The notes beneath the pieces were generated by a model. The model had not been told where the DNA came from. It saw only the letters and a program-made list of their open reading frames with translations, and ran no database searches. Positions 33,386 to 46,500 of a stretch of 64,000 bases of DNA are shown piece by piece. How positions within the stretch are numbered: the stretch's first letter is position 1; every line of letters starts with the position of its first letter. The translations under genes were made by a program, and so were the position numbers. The stretch is from Aplysia californica (Eukaryota), in assembly GCF_000002075.1 (NCBI RefSeq), contig NW_004797331.1, positions 1,504,770-1,568,769 on the forward strand, in the 5' to 3' direction.

Positions 33386-34504
33386 GTGAAGTATTGCACA
33401 AATTTTGTAGCTTTGAGCCCAGGCCTCCTGAGTTTACATGGTCCTTTCAGTACACCTATTACACCCAAGGACCTGAAGGTAAATTTATTTACCCGACCTT
33501 GTGGTGAGGCATACGCTCGATGTGTGAAAGGGTAAATGGCACACACTCAGGTCTGTAATCCAGCCCACTTTTTGACATATGACAATATTATTATTTTATA
33601 ATGATGATGGAGAAGGTGACACAAGATTGATAACATGGGCCCAATCAAGGCATTTTTTTTTTCTTTTAGTGGAGGACTATTCTTGCAGACTTTATTCTTT
33701 TCCAGACCATATTTTTGTTCTCAACTCAGAGCAGTCTGGTTCTTTGGTAATCTGCAGAATCCCCTGCCATTCATTCACCTCTTTTTGGACTGTCACTTTC
33801 ATCATAACCGTCCAATGCACAATTTTCTTGTCAAGCCAAAACAGTAGTCTCCACCTTAACGCACGGTACTCGGGAGGGAAGTGTGCTTGTACACAGAGGG
33901 TGCATTAATGAATGGTTGCAACCATCTCATTTCCTTAACACTTTAGTGACCTCCCTCCCTTAGGGGGTGGGCAGTCGCTTTTGCCGGTAATGTGACTGTT
34001 TTTTAAAGTCGGCAAAGGATTCCCCTATCATGGTTATGGCGACAACAGAGGCATTAAATGAGTGGCAGAAAAAGAAGAAGATCAACTCATTGTACTGATG
34101 TGCACTAACATGTTGGGAACCTAAGCAAACTGTTAGTGACAGTCATAGGGAACAACGCTCAGCTACTCGGCTTTCCAAATAATCACTCCTGTTGACTCAT
34201 CTATTGCTACTTGGTAAATATGCATGAATGACATCAGACATGAGACTGAGGAACTTTTCTCTTGTGGTTCTTTGAACTGAACAAGTATGTTATTAGCTCT
34301 TCGAGCACAGCTGATCACCTGACTAATTTTTTAATCCTATAGGCCTATCAAAAGATTAGTTCTACAACATTCATGTGTGTTGTGTGCATCATATTCATAG
34401 GCCTAACTAAATATTAGTCACCCAAACATCAGTGAGAAACTTTCTCTCTAAAGACATTTCAGTGGGCGCCCCCAACGTATCACCCAGTCCTAGACCTATG
34501 TATT

Positions 34505-34661
34505 AATTTAATGGACTGACCATCATCAATGATTTATTTATAGAGGCACCAGCCATCCATGTCCAGGTGCTGTTTTAGCCTGTAGACCATCATCAATGAT
34601 TTATTTATAGAGGCACCAGCCATCCATGTCCAGGTGCTGTTTTAGCCAATTTAATGGACTG
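34505..34661. repeat. Tandem 2 x ~63-bp insert bounded by a 14-bp direct repeat
   Basis: AATTTAATGGACTG at 34505-34518 and 34648-34661. Confidence 0.85.
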
Positions 34662-36586
34662 TTCGGTTTGAAAATGCTGTCCATCACTCTTTGATCTGCG
34701 TGAGGGGCAGTTTCGCCAAATATCCAGTTGTCTAGACTTATCTAATATGTGTAGGTCTTAACAAAATTTTCCCTTTGTCAAACTTACATGTTGGTGTGTT
34801 TCACCGTTCGAAGTGTGCGTTTAGAGGAAGTGACCATGCGTTTTTGCAACTAAGTTATATAACAAAAAAACCCTGCCATATGACGAACGCGTGCGTTTTG
34901 AGTGTGAACGGAGTGTACGTTTAGGCGGAGACTACTGTATCGATTCTATTGTTTAATTGGAAAGATACTTTTAATATTCATTTGGTCAGTTCAAAGAACA
35001 TTATGTGCACAGAACAAAGAGAGTATACGTACTCACTACTTTTCTTGGAGCTGTATTTTGTGTTCTGTGACAGAAGATCAAGAGGTGCCTATTTTAATTT
35101 TTTGTGTATCTTGTGTTGTTTTGGTACTTCGTACCTTCTGGCGTTGTTAGATACTTATAACGCACTGCACATCGTCAAATTTACACTGTTGTTCAGAGTC
35201 AGAATAAAATGAATGCGTTCATTTGTGAAACCTGCTTTTACTGCTTTTTTCTTTGTTCCTTGGCTGGAGATTTTTTAAGTTGTTCTCAGTACACACCTGT
35301 ATCTTTTGTCACCCTGACCATGTTCGCCCTTTGGTATCTCACTCCTTGCCACAACAGACATTCCCATCTTCTCTGGTTTCGCAATATACAGTGCACTTGT
35401 TATAGTTATAGTTTGTACTATGGTAGTAGTAATAGTAGGGACCGATATATTATAACTGTACTGGCAGTGGCAGCGTTTCCTAATTCTGCTTCCAGCATAT
35501 TGAATGCAGTTTTTATCATGTATAGCAGCTACATGTACTTACTTCAGTCAAATCTGGACTGATTACCTTGCAAGTAAAATTAAAACACGAGTTCTGTTCT
35601 CAAGTGCAGTTGGTTTGCTGGGGCTCTAGTGTGGTTTGCTCCTTCTTTCCTATCAAACGTGTATCATCCTTCTTTCCTCCTTTTTTCTGTTTCTCTCTTT
35701 TAACACCACTAATCTTCAGCACTTATGGCGTACTGGTAGGTATACTACATGATGTCCTTATTGTGTTGCAAGTGCCGTAAAACTCGTACTAAAACTAAAA
35801 CAAAATATATTCTCAAGTAGGAAAGATGTGAAAAATTAAAGAAAGTCTCCCTCTTTCTGCCAAGATCAAGATGTATCCCACCCAGCCAAAGTTGGCCTAT
35901 GTAGGCTAGATTTACTGGCCCCGCGGAAAATTGCATTTTTGAAATAGAAAAATTGCAAGTTAAACTGCCTAAAAATTGCAACCTTCCCGTCCCAGGCGCA
36001 TTAATACAGGATTACAGTTTTAGTTTAAAAAACATGACAATTTGAGTACCGGTAGCATAAAAAAAGCAGAACAGCCTTTAAAATAATCATGACCCACCGT
36101 ACAAATTTTATTAACAACATTTACTAGATTAGAAACAACACATGAGTACGTTAACAATAAAGGTATCGACCAAATATAATATAATACAGCCTGACCCAAA
36201 ATAACGGAACCCTCGGTTTTTAAATTTAACCAAATTTAGTAACCGGGTACTTGGTTCATGCAAAGATCTAGAAGTGTAGTATGAGGTTTAGTTTATTAAA
36301 AAAAATTTTTTAATGAGAGATTCGAACAAGCAAAATTAGCTTATGCCCCAATCAATTCAGATCCTATTCTATTTTTCTCTTGATACTTTCGATACACCGG
36401 TAATCTGTATAAAGATATAGTTCAGATATTTTCTTTTTTAAAACCAGTATGGTATTGTTTTGACTCCATGTCAAATCGTAAAATACAGCAATTTTTTTTT
36501 CTCCAATAGTAATAATAATGTAGATCATTTCTATAACGACCACTCCCGTGTGAACGCAGCTTCTATTAAGGCGTTTTACATTTATT

Positions 36587-37056
36587 GAGTGTCTACGTAC
36601 ACAGTAACCGGGCACCTAGCCTCAGTGTCTACGTACACGGTAACCGGCAACCGAGCACGAAGTCTCAGTGTCGTCACGTACACGGTAACCGGGCAGTTCA
36701 GAACTCCAAGTTCAGTTTTTGTCATCCGGTGTTGCTTTCAACTCCAGCCATCTCCCGACTGTACCATTTTTAAAAAATCAATAACCCCCCCCCCCCCCCC
36801 CCCCGACTCCGGAGTCCTATACTTCGCAGCGCGCAAACTTTGGTGACCCCAACCGGTACTCACAATGTGGAGAGAAAGCACAGGTTCACTGACCGGTCAC
36901 GATGGCGAGCCCGACAAGACGCTTGTACATACAATGTATGGCTTTCTTTTTTTTTTTCAACAAGTGACAGCACAGGACAAATATTGATTAATTTTCATTC
37001 CGGTTACCGTGTACGTATACTGAGACTAGGTGCCCGGCTTCCGTGTATGTAGACAC
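36587..37056. mobile_element. Copy of the TACGTACACGGTAACCGG MITE family (inverted relative to 7856-8405)
   Basis: Near-colinear reverse complement of 7856-8405; TIR gtgtctac...gtagacac. Confidence 0.78.
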
Positions 37057-38256
37057 ATGCATCATGTACGAACAATATTCACTCGCGCGCGCTCACGCAC
37101 ACACACACACACACACGTATACCTAACACACGCACACACATGCACACCACACACACACCTACTTACTTTCTTATCACACGCGCACGCTTAATCTTACACA
37201 CATTAGATCTTTGTGTCTCAGTCTGTGTTGTACATAATGTATTCCGGCCTAAATCCTAAATTTCCGGTTACAGCTTTCAGAGTACGCCCAGTAGATTAGA
37301 GCTGGGCCGAAACCATGATTTACGTAGGCCTATCGGCTCTGTACTCGCACCATTTCGAATTAAAAATTCTGATAAAATTAAAGCGTCGATGTTATTTTGC
37401 CTAATATTGCGTGTTTATTGCGGAACTCGACGAAGAACGCGGCAGCAAGACCTTGATTTCGTGGGGGGGGGGGGGGGGGGCGCAGATTTAAGCAGCCTGC
37501 CTCTTAAAAATTAAAAGATCTAAGTTATATTGATCAGGATTCAGAATAACAGTCAATCTGATGACCTGGTCCAGATAGGTTAAGTAAGTAACCGTTCTTG
37601 CTTCTTCCATCTGGTTTACCATTGCAATAACCTGTGACATGGTAAAATCGGGCACTGAGATTAATGAAATCAGAGAAACACCTTCCACTCATTGGGCAAT
37701 CTTCATCGAATTTTTTTTTTTTTAGCCCAACACCCTTTATGTCCACTTTCTAAACACAGTTCTGTGTGTTTTACTGGGGGAAAAAAGTTGATCAGAGTGG
37801 GGGGTTGGCACCAGCGAAGTCAACTGTATCAAGATCTGTTGTCCTTATTTTTCCTTTTTTGTGTTTGTTACTCTCTTGTAACACCTCTAATCTTTGGCAC
37901 TTATAAGACCTTAAATATAATGTGTTGCAAGTGCCGTAAAACTAAAACATTTACTTAAACAAGATGACCTAATTGTATTGCAAGCGCCGTAGAACTTACT
38001 AAAACTAAAATAAAATGTTTTAATGATCGTTCACCAAGAAAGTAAATTTGCAGTTCCCAATGTACATTCTTTCAAGATTTGAAAATCACAAAACTTAAGC
38101 ATCCGTTTCATTACTAATTTTACCTCTGAAATCAGGCGACCCCCACCTTCTTCAAACTCAAACATAAATAATTAATTTAACTTTTTATTCAAGATAGGTG
38201 AGGGTATTTTTTTCCTCAAAAGCAAGATGAATGAACAAGTTTTAAGATACTGTATA

Positions 38257-39039
38257 CAGTCGAACCTGTGTAAAACGGCCAGGCGTTGTCGAGGAGAAAA
38301 GTGTCCATATAAGACAGGTGGCTGTCATACGCAGGACTGATCAAAAGGAAGAAAACAAACCATTTACTTCTGAGGTCCAAACTGGCGGTGGTCGCAGGCT
38401 CAGGACTGCCGTAAGACTCATGAAAATGTTTTTGTTGTTGGATGACGTTTTTTTGTGGGAATTTTTGTTTTTTCATTATTTTTAAAAAAACGATGTTTCC
38501 TTGAAAGGTCAAAACAAAACGAAATGTGTCAGGCGAGGAAGGCCAAGTGCCATAGTAAGACGAATGGGTCGCCACCACTCGGCGAATGAGCGACACATCA
38601 GTCCCGAGTTTGTGCCGACTTCTATTGTTATGGACTGGGTTTACAGACTGAGTTGTGGGCCGAGCGTATAGGTTATGTATAATGAATCACACGCTTCCCT
38701 TACCAGCAGCTGAAAATTTATTGTTACCCATTGGTCTACTTGGGTAAACATTGTGAGCGACCTAAGCAACATGCTCCATTGGAGGGACTGACAATAACGA
38801 CAGGTGAATGAATTACGATGGCTTGTCCGGGGGCATGCATCATTTTTGACAAAGCCTGGTTGTCTTTGACGGATACATTTGACAGTGGGTCGATAAAATA
38901 GGGTGGCCGCAGCCGTGTTGGAAAAGTGCCCGTATTACACAGTTAAATTATATAGAAAAACCTCAAGTGGGTGGATGGAAAGTGGCCGTTTGTATAGGTG
39001 GTCATATAAAATAGATGGCCGTCATGGCAGGTTTGACTG
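38257..39039. mobile_element. Tc1/pogo-like MITE
   Basis: TA|CAGTCGAACCTG ... CAGGTTTGACTG ends. Confidence 0.65.
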
Positions 39040-39243
39040 TTTTCCAATAACTAATAACTACACATGCCCAAAAGTTGATTTTGATGAGCACCCGATTCCT
39101 AAATTGTTGTGACGTGCCATATATTGATGCACTGTCTGTAACTTTGTGGGCAAATGTTTTACGGCATACGTTATAAAGCATTTTCAGTTTGGTAAAAATT
39201 AATTTTGAAATTTGGCAGTGTGGCAGCCTAAATCTACTCTTCA

Positions 39244-39570
39244 CCAAGGGATCTTTACTATTTTAACATGCGCAACTTTCATACAGGACTTCCGAGATTT
39301 TTTTACCCTTATCCGAGAAGGTTAGGTGTTATATCTTATCTATCCTAAGATCAGGGGTGTGGCTGAAAGACAGCTGTAGTGTAAGGAGCCAATGAGTAGC
39401 AGTAGAAAGGTTGCAGAAAGAGTCAAGAGCCCAGAGGAGGGGGAAGAAAATGGAGATGACAGAACACGGTTAGAGAGCAGGAAAGGAGGTGAAATGAGCA
39501 AATTTAAGAGAAGAAAATTTTCCATCACTATCAGGTTTTAAACCCGGGACCTATCGAATGAGAGGTCTTT
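39244..39570 (-). mobile_element. tRNA-derived SINE with Nin/Deu-like core
   Basis: Minus-strand tRNA-like head (ctctcatt..ggtcccgggtttaaaacc); body shared with 53148-53500; distal part resembles Deu/Nin domain (cttctcggataag...gcgcatgttaaa..gatccc). Confidence 0.55.
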
Positions 39571-39975
39571 CCCATACCTCAAACAACAACATTTTTATTT
39601 AGCCTACTGTTAAAATGGTCCAAGATGGTAACCCACTGTCCTGGAAAAATGAGGCTGTCTTAGAGATAGGTGGACATCTTGGATACTCCTGAATAGTTTT
39701 ATTAATACAGAAAAAATGAAAGGGGGAAAGTCGAACGTTATCGTTTGTACAGGTGATTGTCTTTGGCGGGTGGATGTTAGAGTAAGTTCGACTATTTAAA
39801 AAATGCAATTTTCTAAACAGTTTGAACACGATACTGCAAATAAAAATGATGACCAATGAAAATTAAATTTAAATTTATGGTTTGCCTGCAACAACATGAA
39901 TAAGTTAAAAATATAAGAAAAAAACAACTACAGTTTGACAAATCAGTAGAAAACCCCTTTTTATTTAGACAATGA

Positions 39976-39981
39976 TTTATT
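39976..39981 (-). terminator. Candidate polyadenylation signal (AATAAA) ending a ~3.5-kb NRF1 3'UTR
   Basis: tttatt on + at the edge of a long minus-strand U-rich tract. Confidence 0.4.
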
Positions 39982-41897
39982 CACTTTTCAAGAAGTTCCA
40001 TTATAAACATCAAATTTATGCAGTACAGAGATCTTCTTGTCACGCCCTAAGCACAGGATAATCAATAGATTTATGCAAAAGTACAAAGATCAGGCATTAA
40101 TAAAGAAGATGGAAACATGTCCCAAGCAAAGCAGCTCACAAAGACTCAAACTAAGACGATTGCCTCATATATTAATACAGCCATAACACAGTTAAAACTT
40201 GTTCATGTCTGTCCATTGAACTAGGAGATTCCCTGCGGAAGGAATGTTAAAAGTTTAGTGGATACAGTACAGTTGCAGCAAGATTGAGACACAATTGACA
40301 CAATCATGCTACGGTCCCCTCTCCCTCCACTCCCATGTCACTTGTCAGATAACCCTAATCAATCAACACATTCAGTGCTATTACCTTGATAATCAAAGCT
40401 TCAAAACATGCATGTAAATTGTAAAGGATCTATCACTTGGCACAAGTTAGTTCAATAATGTGTCGTAAATGCACCTCTGTTAGTGGCAATGGCAAGAAGG
40501 ATGAAGAAAAGCTTATACTACACATGGAGAGGTTCAAACAAACATAAACTGTCACACCAGCTATATTTAGCCGTTGATGGAGACTATGGCTATGGAATCA
40601 ACATGTAGAGGTATACAGAGTACCATTTTCTTCTTCAAAGAAAGTACTGTACAGTGATGTTTTTTTTCACGTTCGTGTTTCTTTGCATTTTGCCCGAAAG
40701 CCTTGAATTGGTGATTTGAGTAACCTAGTGTCACAAGTGTCCCAATGTAGTAATACCCTTTTTAACATTTTGCATATAACTTCTTTGAAAATTACAAAAT
40801 TTGCAGGTGTAAAAAGCAGGATTACTCAAGGCAGTGCTGTACTATTTTTATGGACATCCATGCTCTGAAATTTTCGCTACTTTTGAAAGGTCTCAACGAA
40901 TTTGCTCTTGCAAACAAAATGAGCTCTGTATTTTTTGTGATAATACAACGACATTGGAAGAATCAAGGTCTCAAGCCAAATTCCTGTTATTTCATAAGCA
41001 CCACAACATCTCCTTCCAACAAAGACTTGCTTTTTTTTTTTTTTAAACAGAATTCAGTATTACAAGTTTCATAGCTTTTCCATAAATTCCAAAGACATTA
41101 AAAATAGAAATCATTTTAAAATCATAACATCTGAATCTTAATCATAATGGACGACAGGTCCATCCATTCTTATTAAAATATGCAAGTCCTGATTTCACAA
41201 GTAAGTGTACAAAAACCTCAACTTCTCAACTTTTAACCACAAAGGCTGACTAACTAATGTTACACAAACAAACCAGTGACATTACAACAAGGTCAAGTGC
41301 AAAGACAGACAACTTAGGTCATTACAAAAGAACACAGGTGAAAATGTATGGGCAAAAGGAAATATTTCAACATACTTTCCCTGTTGTCAAAATACGGATT
41401 TCACTATGCAGTTGCACCCCTCAGACAACATATTGAAAGCATACCTTCACAGCAAGACCATTGAATTCAATAAAAATGATTTACAAATCATACCTATAAA
41501 TAAATCAGTACAAATATGTAAGTGTCAATTAAGATGTCGCTCAAATAACACTTCTCTCAAGGAAACATGGCATGGAAGTGTGCAATTCCTCACACCATGG
41601 GGACAGCATCTGACAGATAATAATCTCTTATTCCTCTCAACACATTCGCTTTCCGATGTGTTCCTTCAAGGCAACTTGTGTTAAAGCCTAAAATCTCAAG
41701 ACTGCTCTGTTTGACTCCGATACTGAAAATTTCTAAAAGAAGGTCAATGTTTTACAATGTCAGGCTGAATTTTTCCACTTTGTAAAAGTTGAAACATATG
41801 CACACTGAGAGAATGGAAACCATCAGTACAGAATTTTGGGAATACTCTGGAAGTCTACAAGCAGTAACTCATTACAATCAGTGGGAAGGCTCATTAA

Positions 41898-43150
41898 CCC
41901 CTCATCACTGACAAGTCGCTCCCAGCAATTTGCGATCGGAACCGATGTGCCGGGGATCCACTAGCAGCGGCTCAGTCACATTCCTTTACGATTATTTTGC
42001 ATTTATTTGCTGAAAGGTGGGAGTTTTTTCATTAGATGAAGAACTGTCAAAATAGGTTAATTCCTTTTTAATTAATGACCAAATATAGTAGGTACCAGAA
42101 ACTAAATTTTCAAAATAGCCAAATTTATCTGTTCCATTTGAAAGGCCTATATCCACTGAGCATTTTGGTACCATTCTTTAACCTCTCAGTCAATTTTTAA
42201 GAAAATGGTAGTTGTTTAAAATTTGATCAAATTTGTTAAAGTCAGTCACTGGCTGCAACCCCATGTTTGACAGACAATAAAAGAGTACCAAGAGCACTAA
42301 ACATCTCCACATTAATTGAGTACAATCACTATAACAAATATATGGAGCCTAATTTTTTTCAAGACTGTAAGATCATTACAAATCAGTATTTTATCGCCTC
42401 AAACACGATGATCTGTCGTTATTTCGACAAAAACACAGAGCGTTGACCCGGCCGGCGCCGCACCGGCCCCCGCGGCGAGCGAGTCGGCTCTATACTGCAG
42501 TGTACCCCGCGTGCGGGGTCACATGCTTTCCGAGTCTCACGGAAGGATTGACGAAAAATAATTTCAAGCTGATTACTTTATTTTAATAGGAAATAAACTG
42601 ATCTTGTAATTAAAATATTTTTTAAGCCGCTATTTTACATATTTTGTGTAAAAAGTGATCTTTAAATATTTTGACAGTATTTTTTAAAGCTTTCTACTTA
42701 AACGCCAAAGGCGAAATATATTCCACGGGAAAGCCCGTTTAAAGCTCTACAGTTCTCCGCCAATGAAAAGACGGTATTTAATCATCTCTCGTTCCGCGAA
42801 GCATTTGAATACACGTGTGTCAATTTTTCAACCGGCCGACCATGCATTCCGACCGCGAGGGGCTTCGCTTTCGTCGGCGATTCTCTAGCTCCTAATAATC
42901 GGACATAAGAACAACTTACACAAGGTAGTAGTAGTAGTGTACGGCATTTGGTGTTTTATAGCGAAAGAGCAAAGAAACAGAGATCGAAATTACCCCGATT
43001 TCACCGATACCACGCGGTCGGAAGGCTGCGAGTGCCCGCGAGGCCGTGTTTACATTACCTAAATATAGTGATGTGTATGTCACTTTCAGGTTTCGTACCA
43101 AAGTACCAAAAGAGGGCTTCGGAATAGTGGGAAACCCCCGTCTGGAAATA
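41898..43150. mobile_element. CpG-rich, probably piggyBac-like insertion in NRF1 3'UTR, right end unclear
   Basis: Starts TTAA|CCCCTC; abrupt CpG-rich composition within the AT-rich UTR; matching right TIR not found. Confidence 0.4.
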
Positions 43151-43468
43151 AAAAAGCTAAAAGAACACCGCAGATATCTATTTTGAAAGATTGGAAGTGG
43201 TAAGTTTTCAAAATTACAAAAACATTATATACAACACCTACCCCATCCAAAAGTGGGGTTTAATATCACGGATCACACACACATACAGGTACAACAAGCC
43301 TGCATTTTTACATCATCTCTCAAAGCAGAGAATTTTCACAAGGCCCACATTCAGTCTGCAAGGAAAATCGAATCACAGTACACTCTTGCTCACACAGTCA
43401 AGCATATCATTCCACACAATCATGCAGCACAAGCACCCTCTTTCCGTGGATCACGTTCCCAGTCGCTG

Positions 43469-43573
43469 TCACGAAACCTGCTGCTGGCCTACCACCTCCC
43501 CACTGGTCACCTCTACACCCTGAAGAACTTCTGCCATCTCTGTCTTCATATTGGGGACTGGTGCCATAGCCAC
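43469..43573 (-). CDS. NRF1: NRF1 terminal coding exon
   Basis: tttcag|VAMAPVPNMKTEMAEVLQGVEVTSGEVVGQQQVS*. Confidence 0.85.
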   Translation of the reverse strand: MAMAPVPNMKTEMAEVLQGVEVTSGEVVGQQQVS

Positions 43574-46500
43574 CTGAAACAAGCACAAATTAAAGTAATT
43601 AAACGCACTGATAAATGCTCAAATCTGAAGAGACGTAAAAACCACTTCCCCAGTGTTCCAGTGGTCCCAGCTTGTTTGGCAACATATAGTAGGCCGAGCA
43701 ATGAAAATTCAAAAGCACATACAGTGGAACTCAGATTCAACCAGGATGCCGGGCCTGACCAAAAATCTTGTTGAATCCGAGTGTTCGTTATAGCAAACAC
43801 AAGGTTTTGTGTAGATAATTACAAGCACTGAGCAAGTAAAATAAGTCACAAGTAGTGCCTGAAATGCCTACATATTATGAGTTGTGTAAAAAAAAGACTG
43901 ATTAGTTCAAATGCACACGCCTGTGTCATCTTGATTGTTTACTAAAAAGTTGTGTTGCTGTGTAGAGCCTAGCATACGGCTACTTTTGATTCCATAGACC
44001 AGCGTACAATTCATTACCTAGATCTACGTCAAGACTAGCTTATCATTGTAATACTGATCAGTTGCCGGGGGGGAAAAAAAGACTGTGATGCATTTGTATC
44101 TTCGACATTCAACGCCCGGATCGCTAGTGCCCCCCCCCCCCCCGACACAGCCACACATGTGCAGCCCCCCCCCCCCCGACCTCGACACATGCCAGAGGAA
44201 ACATGTGCGCATGCCAGCAACGCATGTGTTGGTATGTAAAAAGGCCGCTGATTGGTCGCATGCAATAGGCTCAGCGAATAATGGTTCACGGTGCAGGTTC
44301 AATGGATGGTTTCTGGGAAGAGATAAAGTTCGTTGTGGGAGAAAAATGAGCGAAGCTGTGTCTGCAGGGGTGTTCACCCTGGAAGCAACCTCATTGAATC
44401 CGAGCTCGCTGACTTAAGCGCTGATTGAATCCGGGTTATTTTTAAATTGATTTTAAAGAAGAAAAAGAAACGGGGACTCAATCTCATCTTGTTGAATCAG
44501 AGTTCCACTGTATTTTCCATTGTGCTTCCATCGTAAACTCAGACAGAATACTTGTAAATTGGAAGGCTGGAGGAATGAAACAGTTCATCTTAACTTTTGG
44601 AAATGGTGAAACAAAACATATTTGGCACAGCTATACTGCCCTATAAAAAAACATTCGCATTAGCTATTAAACACATCCATATTCACATGAAGACTTGAAA
44701 GAACATATTGTCCCAGGCATGCAACAAAGTTCCAGTTATCATATACAATATTCTTCACTCTGTCCTGAGAGCTAGCACCACCACACTGAATTGAAACTGA
44801 GCTGATCCTTTTGGCATAAATGAAACAAAACTATAAACACTTTTACATATATCCTCATGGATAAATATTACATCAAGCCACCGCTAAAAATGGCTGCCTA
44901 AAAAGCCAGGAAGTCTTGAAAGATGGGCTAGACCAAACCAGGTAATTTGTATAACTAGTCACCCCATCCTACCAATTTTCTTCGTCCCCTCACCTGTTGT
45001 ATTGTCGCTTGAGCAGAGTCAGGCAGCGCCAGGCCTGTCATCTGTTGGTACATGGAGGCTGGAATGGTGACGATACCTGCATAGATAAAAAACATACATT
45101 GTGGAGGCATTTGTTGGGAGTTGTTGTACGGTTGTACCTGTAAGAATCTCACTCACCTATTCCCGTCTTTCATCTCATCTAGAGGCTCCTACCCTAATTG
45201 TGCCCAGTCCCCTTTTTATTTCTCTGTGAAATTGAAATTTCTGTTGGTCAGGTACATTACTTCTTCCCTCTACATCTTTATCGATCTCTCATCATATTCT
45301 AACCGAATCCATCATATTGAATATCACTTCAAGACTACAGGCGCTGAGTTCTTTAATTAAAGAAAAAAAAATATCAAACTCCAGCACCCTACTAGACTCA
45401 CACTCACACCAAGCAATCTTGAAGGAAAAGTCCTATGTCCCAAATCCAAGGGGAAATATTTCAGGAAAAACAAGAAAATTTCAGGATATGAAGTTTGCAC
45501 TTCTGCTCATTAGTTATGCACATTCAATTGGACTCCAACTGTTAGTTGTCTGCCAGATACCCATTGTATTTTATCCTTTTTATTTGTTCTCACCTCCAAG
45601 AGAGCCATCGCCAGATAAGATGATTTGTCCGTTCTGGCTTAACGTGGCTGCTGTGAACGCTGTCATGGCTGTTTGGCTATCAGCCATCTCCACGGTGACC
45701 GGGTTGACCTGTGACACCGGGGTCACTTCCTGTTGATTGGCTGCTACCTCAGCTAGTGTCTGCACAGCTTGAGTTGCTTCCTGAGGAAAAATTATTGAGA
45801 ACATGGTCAATAGAAGAAGATACACATTTAGGACTAAGCAGACAGTCAACTAAAAATTACATTATTCTAAATCAGTTCGGCCTTGGTCTGTGCAGAAACA
45901 ATTAGACAACAGGATATCAATCTTTGTCCACATGTTTATCACCTATACATTACCCCCCCCCCTCCCCACGAGAGTAGTGCCACTGACTGAAGTTGTCTTT
46001 AGGCCATCCCCAAAGGGGGGAGATTAACATGTTCTTATGCACAGTAGATTTGTAAATGGGCTGATTTATCAATGTCATGCTCATGTGCTGGTACAACATA
46101 GGGGGAACTGCTGCTTTTTCTTTCCTCATCCGTACTATCATCATTTTTCCTCTACTTCTTTGTATGTTTATCACTCTCTTGTGAACAGCTATTTCCAGGG
46201 TGCCTTGATAGTTGAAGCAGACTTTGTGCTGTTGAGGCTAGAGAGGTGAGCAGAGTAAGCCAGATTCCTCGTTTGGACTTCTCTGTTGACATCCACCCCT
46301 TGGCGTTGATAGTGATATGACCTTATGCAGTTGCGAGTGCCGTAAAACCTTACTATAAAAAAATCGCTATACATTAAGGGCGGGAAATTTAATTTTACGA
46401 AACGGTCCATGGAGCCTGGATCAATATTCACACAAGTACACTTATAGTCCAGACAAAAAGAGTTAAATGAAAATTACGGAGGTAAATTAAAAGCAGTGTA

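Noticed and set aside
43451-43471. Readthrough of the NRF1 stop (TGA CAG)
   Set aside because: Not the CUA context, and the next in-frame stop is only six codons away.
43191-43774. 173-aa and 110-aa + strand ORFs
   Set aside because: Antisense to the NRF1 last exon and UTR, with no recognisable domain.
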